Shown here: positions 59,701-64,000 of the stretch, piece after piece
Layout of the letters: each line of letters begins with the position of its first letter
Numbering within the stretch: position 1 is the stretch's first letter
Assembly: GCA_002633005.1 (NCBI GenBank)
Contig: NMRA01000258.1
Span: 331,126-395,125 of the forward strand
DNA length: 64,000 nucleotides
Direction of reading: 5' to 3'
Source: Phoronis australis
Taxonomy: Eukaryota; Animalia; Phoronida
Position numbers and translations under genes: made by a program
The notes under the pieces: generated by a model
Database searches by the model: none
What the model was told of the DNA's origin: nothing
Seen by the model: only the letters and a program-made list of their open reading frames with translations

Positions 59701-62215
59701 CACACTTATCCTACTCACCTTATTTCATCAAGAGAGTGTAAAAAGTTGTATTTTGGTGCCTCAGTTATGAAGTGAAAGCTGTATTTCTGTGCCACAGTTA
59801 TGCGGTGAAAGTTGAAATACTTTTTGTAGCAAAATATAGAAAGTGGTGAAAATGCGTTTGGTGAATTCAGCACCTAAAAATTAGAAGTCATATTTTGCGA
59901 GTGATACCAGTTGGTCTGAAGTCAACTCCGGTATTCTAAGCCAAATGAGAGATTGTACGAAATATGTCAGTTCATGTTCAAATCGGTAACGCCTGGTGGC
60001 CAGCTTCAGTTCAAGTTCTTAAATTCTAATATCTTGTTAAGAATTTGCTAATTACAAGATGCTTTACTTGTTCAGTATTGTACATCTCTTTGTTGTATAT
60101 TGTCATTTAAGTACGGTTAAGTAATTCAGTTTTAGATTAACTGACCTGGACTTCTTTTAAAAATTAATTCTAGATGGACTATCAAGTGTGCATGGCAATG
60201 TTTTATTTCAAAAGGAATTAATGCATTTTGTGGGGCTATTACACCAATTAAAACTTGATTACCCCTTGTTAATGCTCAGGCTGATTGCAGTTTGCAGAGA
60301 AGAGATTGTCATATTAGGAATCTTCTACCAGTGCTTCTGAAACACAGACTTTAAGGGAGACATAGAGTGCAAGGCATAATTATATAATCATAAAATATAT
60401 TGTTTCCCTGTCACGACCACACACTCTGTTAACAGCAGATAATGAGTGGTAACAATGACAAAATTCTAATTACAGAATCATATCGTTTAGCCACTGTACT
60501 ACCTCCTGTTATTTCCCCTATTCATGGTTTAATATGAGGGAAGATAACTCTGACCGTGGATTTGACTCCTGTCCAGCCATCCTAAATGCTTTTGGCTTGT
60601 ACTGTTGAACATTCAATTTATTACTATAATTTTGCATAGAATCTGGGACAAAATAATTGGTGGCTCCTGCAAGATACTCGTGTTCGTAGCCGTGGCCATC
60701 TTGTTGACCTTCAAACGACCTTTATTGAGCATGAAGAGTACAAAAGATATCAACCAGTACCTGAGTAAGGTATGTCTTCGAACATTTTGAAGTTTGGGGT
60801 GGAATATCACTTAGTTTTTACCAGACACATTTGGCCTGCATGTCACCATTGTGCAACTCACGAAGTGTTTCTAGAAAGCAGTGTGGTATTACTTTTAAGC
60901 AAGTTCAATATTCATAAGTATCTTTTAACTTGAAGTCCACATGCATACATTTGAAAATTTAAATCTTTACCTTTGTGTACCTGGCATGTTAGATTGCCTA
61001 TGCCTTACTAAAAGAATGCGACAATNGCTTCAGTTCAAGTTCTTAAATTCTAATATCTTGTTAAGAATTTGCTAATTACAAGATGCTTTACTTGTTCAGT
61101 ATATTGTACATCTCTTTGTTGTATATTGTCATTAAAGTACGGTTAAGTAATTCAGTTTTAGATTAACTGACCTGGACTTCTTTTGAAAATTAATTCTAGA
61201 TGAACTATCAAGTGTGCATGGCAATGTTTCATTTCAAAAGGAATTAATGCATTTTGTGAGGCTATTACACCAATTAAAACTTGATTACCCCTTGTTAATG
61301 CTCAGGCTGATTGCAGTTTGCAGAGAAGTGATTGTCGTATTAGAAATCTTCTACCAGTGCTTCTGAAACACAGACTTTAAGGGAGACATAGACTGCAAGA
61401 CATAATTATATAATCATAAAATATATTGTTTCCCTGTCACGACCGCACACTCTGTTAACAGCAGATAATGAGTGGTAACAATGACAAAATTCTAATTACA
61501 GAATCATATCGTTTAGCCACTGTACTACCTCCTGTTATTTCCCCTATTCATGGTTTAATATGAGGGAAGACAACTCTGACCGTGGATTTGACTCCTGTCC
61601 AGCCATCCTAAATGCTTTTGGCTTGTACTGTTGAACATTCAATTTATTACTATAATTTTGCATAGAATCTGGGACAAAATAATTGGTGGCTCCTGCAAGA
61701 TACTCGTGTTCGTAGCCGTGGCCATCTTGTTGACCTTCAAACGACCTTTATTGAGCATGAAGAGTACAAAAGATATCAACCAGTACCTGAGTAAGGTATG
61801 TCTTCGAACATTTTGAAGTTTGGGGTGGAATATCACTTAGTTTTTACCAGACACATTTGGCCTGCATGTCACCATTGTGCAACTCACGAAGTGTTTCTAG
61901 AAAGCAGTGTGGTATTACTTTTAAGCAAGTTCAATATTCATAAGTATCTTTTAACTTGAAGTCCACATGCATACATTTGAAAATTTAAATCTTTACCTTT
62001 GTGTACCTGGCATGTTAGATTGCCTATGCCTTACTAAAAGAATGCGACAATTTTCATCTCAAGTTGGGTGTTCCTTATTGTTTCAGATACCCGAAGACAG
62101 TGCTGACATCATAGTGGTAAAAGCTCTTGATCTCTGGCAGAAGTATGGAAACATTACAGAGCCAAGTGTTTCGAGAGGCGAGTCTCCAGTCATAATAGAG
62201 CGACCTCCCAGCTGA
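47792..62215 (+). CDS. TBC1D7: TBC1 domain family member 7 (TSC complex subunit), 6 exons, ~307 aa
   Basis: Exons 47792-47978 (an in-frame ATG also at 47783), 54582-54766, 56586-56726, 57454-57605 (duplicate 58475-58626), 60640-60769 (duplicate 61666-61795), 62087-62215. Motifs [68 protein letters not shown]. Confidence 0.95.
48213..48812. mobile_element. Tc1/mariner-type MITE, copy 2 (internally deleted)
   Basis: Same ends and body as 19543-20355 but about 210 bp shorter; lies in TBC1D7 intron 1. Confidence 0.75.
51359..51690. mobile_element. Fold-back element with repeated subterminal GACCGCC units
   Basis: The left arm (CACGGGTGAGAAACAACATGACCGCCGG...) is mirrored at 51550-51690. The same left end occurs at 35611. 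Confidence 0.7.
52993..54443. mobile_element. Possible nested non-autonomous DNA transposons
   Basis: Inverted ends CGT(A/G)CGTTCAGTA..CGCTAGGACCTA / TAGGTCCTAGCG..TACTGAACGCACG, and an inner TAAATATCGGA / TCCGATATTTA pair (~53154, 53350, 53906). Confidence 0.45.
56078..56297. repeat. Penelope-like inverted terminal-repeat palindrome
   Basis: ~75-85-bp inverted arms (AATAAAAACAACCACGGTT...CAGAAGAGAGAATACAG / CTGTATTCTCTCTTCTG...AACCGTGGTTGTTTTTATT). Confidence 0.8.
56225..56269 (+). ncRNA. Minimal type I hammerhead ribozyme motif
   Basis: ctt-CTGATGA-t-GGTGT[ttgaataaatg]ACACC-GAAA-CATG-TC-aag: conserved core, stem II, palindromic minimal stem III and a 3-bp stem I. Confidence 0.65.
57338..59323. 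repeat. ~965-bp duplication across N at 58358, duplicating TBC1D7 exon 4
   Basis: 57338-58305 matches 58359-59323 with a few SNPs and indels. Confidence 0.9.
60003..62051. repeat. ~1.02-kb duplication across N at 61026, duplicating TBC1D7 exon 5
   Basis: 60003-61025 matches 61027-62051; the exon copies look identical and the intron copies differ by SNPs. Confidence 0.9.
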
Positions 62216-64000
62216 GAATAACGGAATGTATTCAGTGCACTGTACGATATATTGCCAAGTACACCAGCCAATTGGCATGGGGAACACCACAGAGGCGTCA
62301 GCTCAAGAATTTATTGTTGCATCTCATGACTAAATTGCTCAATGGGTGCTCTTATCTGTCATTCTGATTGTATACAGTGTTATGTAATGATTTATAGTTT
62401 ATCATGCAGTGTTCGGTGTTGGCTGCATTTTTGCATCATTCGAAGAAGACATTGTGTTGATAAATTGTCACTGACATTCAATCCAGTTTTGACAGGATTT
62501 GATACATTACAGATAAACCATCCCTTTTATTTCTTGGTTATTTTCCCGTATTTTACACTCGTTAAGTACCAGAAGATTCGTCTCCTGTTTCAAATAATCA
62601 TCGTCCATACGTCGTTCATTGCTAGCGTAATGATTTCCGAACTGTTGTCAGGGACCCCAAAAACTTGAAATGTACCACATAAATTTTAAAAGGTAGGTCC
62701 ATTGGTCCCGTGTAGTGCTAACACTGGTCATGTTCAGAAGCACTTCAATGCATGTCTGATTGGAACAGTTTAAATGGAATGCCGTACATTTGTTAAAGCT
62801 GCACTTTTTAGTTTTTTGGGCAGCTAAACAACTGGAAATGCAGAGTTATGTGCTATGCTCCCAATAATTGTGCCAATCAGCTGTGAATCATTTGTCTACA
62901 GACAAATCTGTTGTAAAATACAGCATTTTTAACCCACATCCATATGAATAATACATATTGGTTTTATGTAAGTGTTCACCTTTAGTGTACTGTAAAAAGA
63001 ACAACAAACTGGTAGTAATCCATAATTATTACAGGTAGGTCTAAAAGATAAACACTACAATGACAATAATTTGAAAAGCTTCTCTTACAACACATAACAA
63101 CGTTGGGTCGACATACACATTTAACACTTTACACTTGCGTAGCAAAACGTGGAGAATGTAAAGATGCCATTATAAAACGAGTGACAAAACCTGAATATTG
63201 CAACATGCAATCAGTAATCCAAGTGACCAAACAAGACTTGTTGACACGAGGCAGCACTACATGGGCAACCAATACAGTATGGGAATACCCGAAAGGAAAA
63301 CGAGAAAAGATGACGCTTTTTTGAAAACGTACCATCCATACAATTTGTATCATATCTGACTTCAACAGGAAAAAATCCTACATCAAATTGAGGAAAATGG
63401 TCGTTTTTAGACACTCTATGTCCTGAGTGACCTGTTGCGCATGAAAATAATTTTCAAATGTGTCTGTTTTACTCAATTGTGTGTCCAGGTTAATTACATT
63501 TTAGGCAGTAAGTGCATGAAACAGATCCAGATATGGAATCCACTAAGTTCCTCAAATATTCTGTAAGGACAACTAGCGTTTGCTAAAGTCCACAAATGTG
63601 GTGAAAAAAAGTTAGAGAACATAGTTGAACCACTGTTGTGACTGTTTCATGCAACTGACCACAGGTCAGATGGATTGGGACACGAGTCATCATTGTGCAT
63701 AGCAATATAAAAGCTGATTTCGCATTAACAACATGCTGTTTGGCTTTAGTTTGAATTGCTGCAAGTGATGGAGACTGGCAGTAAATGCAGATAGTGTAGA
63801 TTGCATGAGCCAGATCTGCTGCTGAAACCAACAGAGCGACAACTTACTAAATACAATGTTGCTCCACTGCTCACTCAAAAATTAACTTTTATCACAGCAA
63901 TAATAGGTCACCGTTGCATTACCAAAATCTTCCTCTCGGAGACCTTTTTGTGGCAAAGGGGAGTTAGTACATGGATGGTACATAATATTTTGGTAAACTG

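Noticed and set aside
57338-62051. Mutually exclusive exon system in TBC1D7
   Set aside because: Both duplications begin exactly at single-N joins and are near-identical through the introns, typical of haplotype overlap.

Overview
Eukaryotic (invertebrate animal-like, AT-rich, repeat-rich) genomic DNA from a draft assembly with single-N contig joins. Bases ~2.5-10.6 kb are a decayed Polinton/Maverick (endogenous adintovirus-like) element: protease, major capsid, a Gly-rich basic ORF, penton, a small 2-TM ORF, a chromodomain integrase, a conserved unknown ORF, and a 5'-deleted protein-primed PolB with an embedded Vsr-like nuclease. A candidate AGTAGT terminus lies at 10634. About 140 bp downstream is a two-exon B4/H1oo-like linker histone gene. 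Three spliced host genes follow: NOSIP (+, 9 coding exons), a stand-alone DUF547 gene (-, 6 exons, one U12-type intron) and TBC1D7 (+, 6 exons, head-to-head with DUF547, one apparent GA donor). Other content includes LINE, THAP, MITE, piggyBac-like and Helentron-like relics, a Penelope-type hammerhead palindrome, a higher-order tandem array built from the NOSIP stop codon, and three 0.5-1 kb duplications that each straddle an N and are probably haplotype artefacts. All calls come from manual reading and translation; no searches were run.
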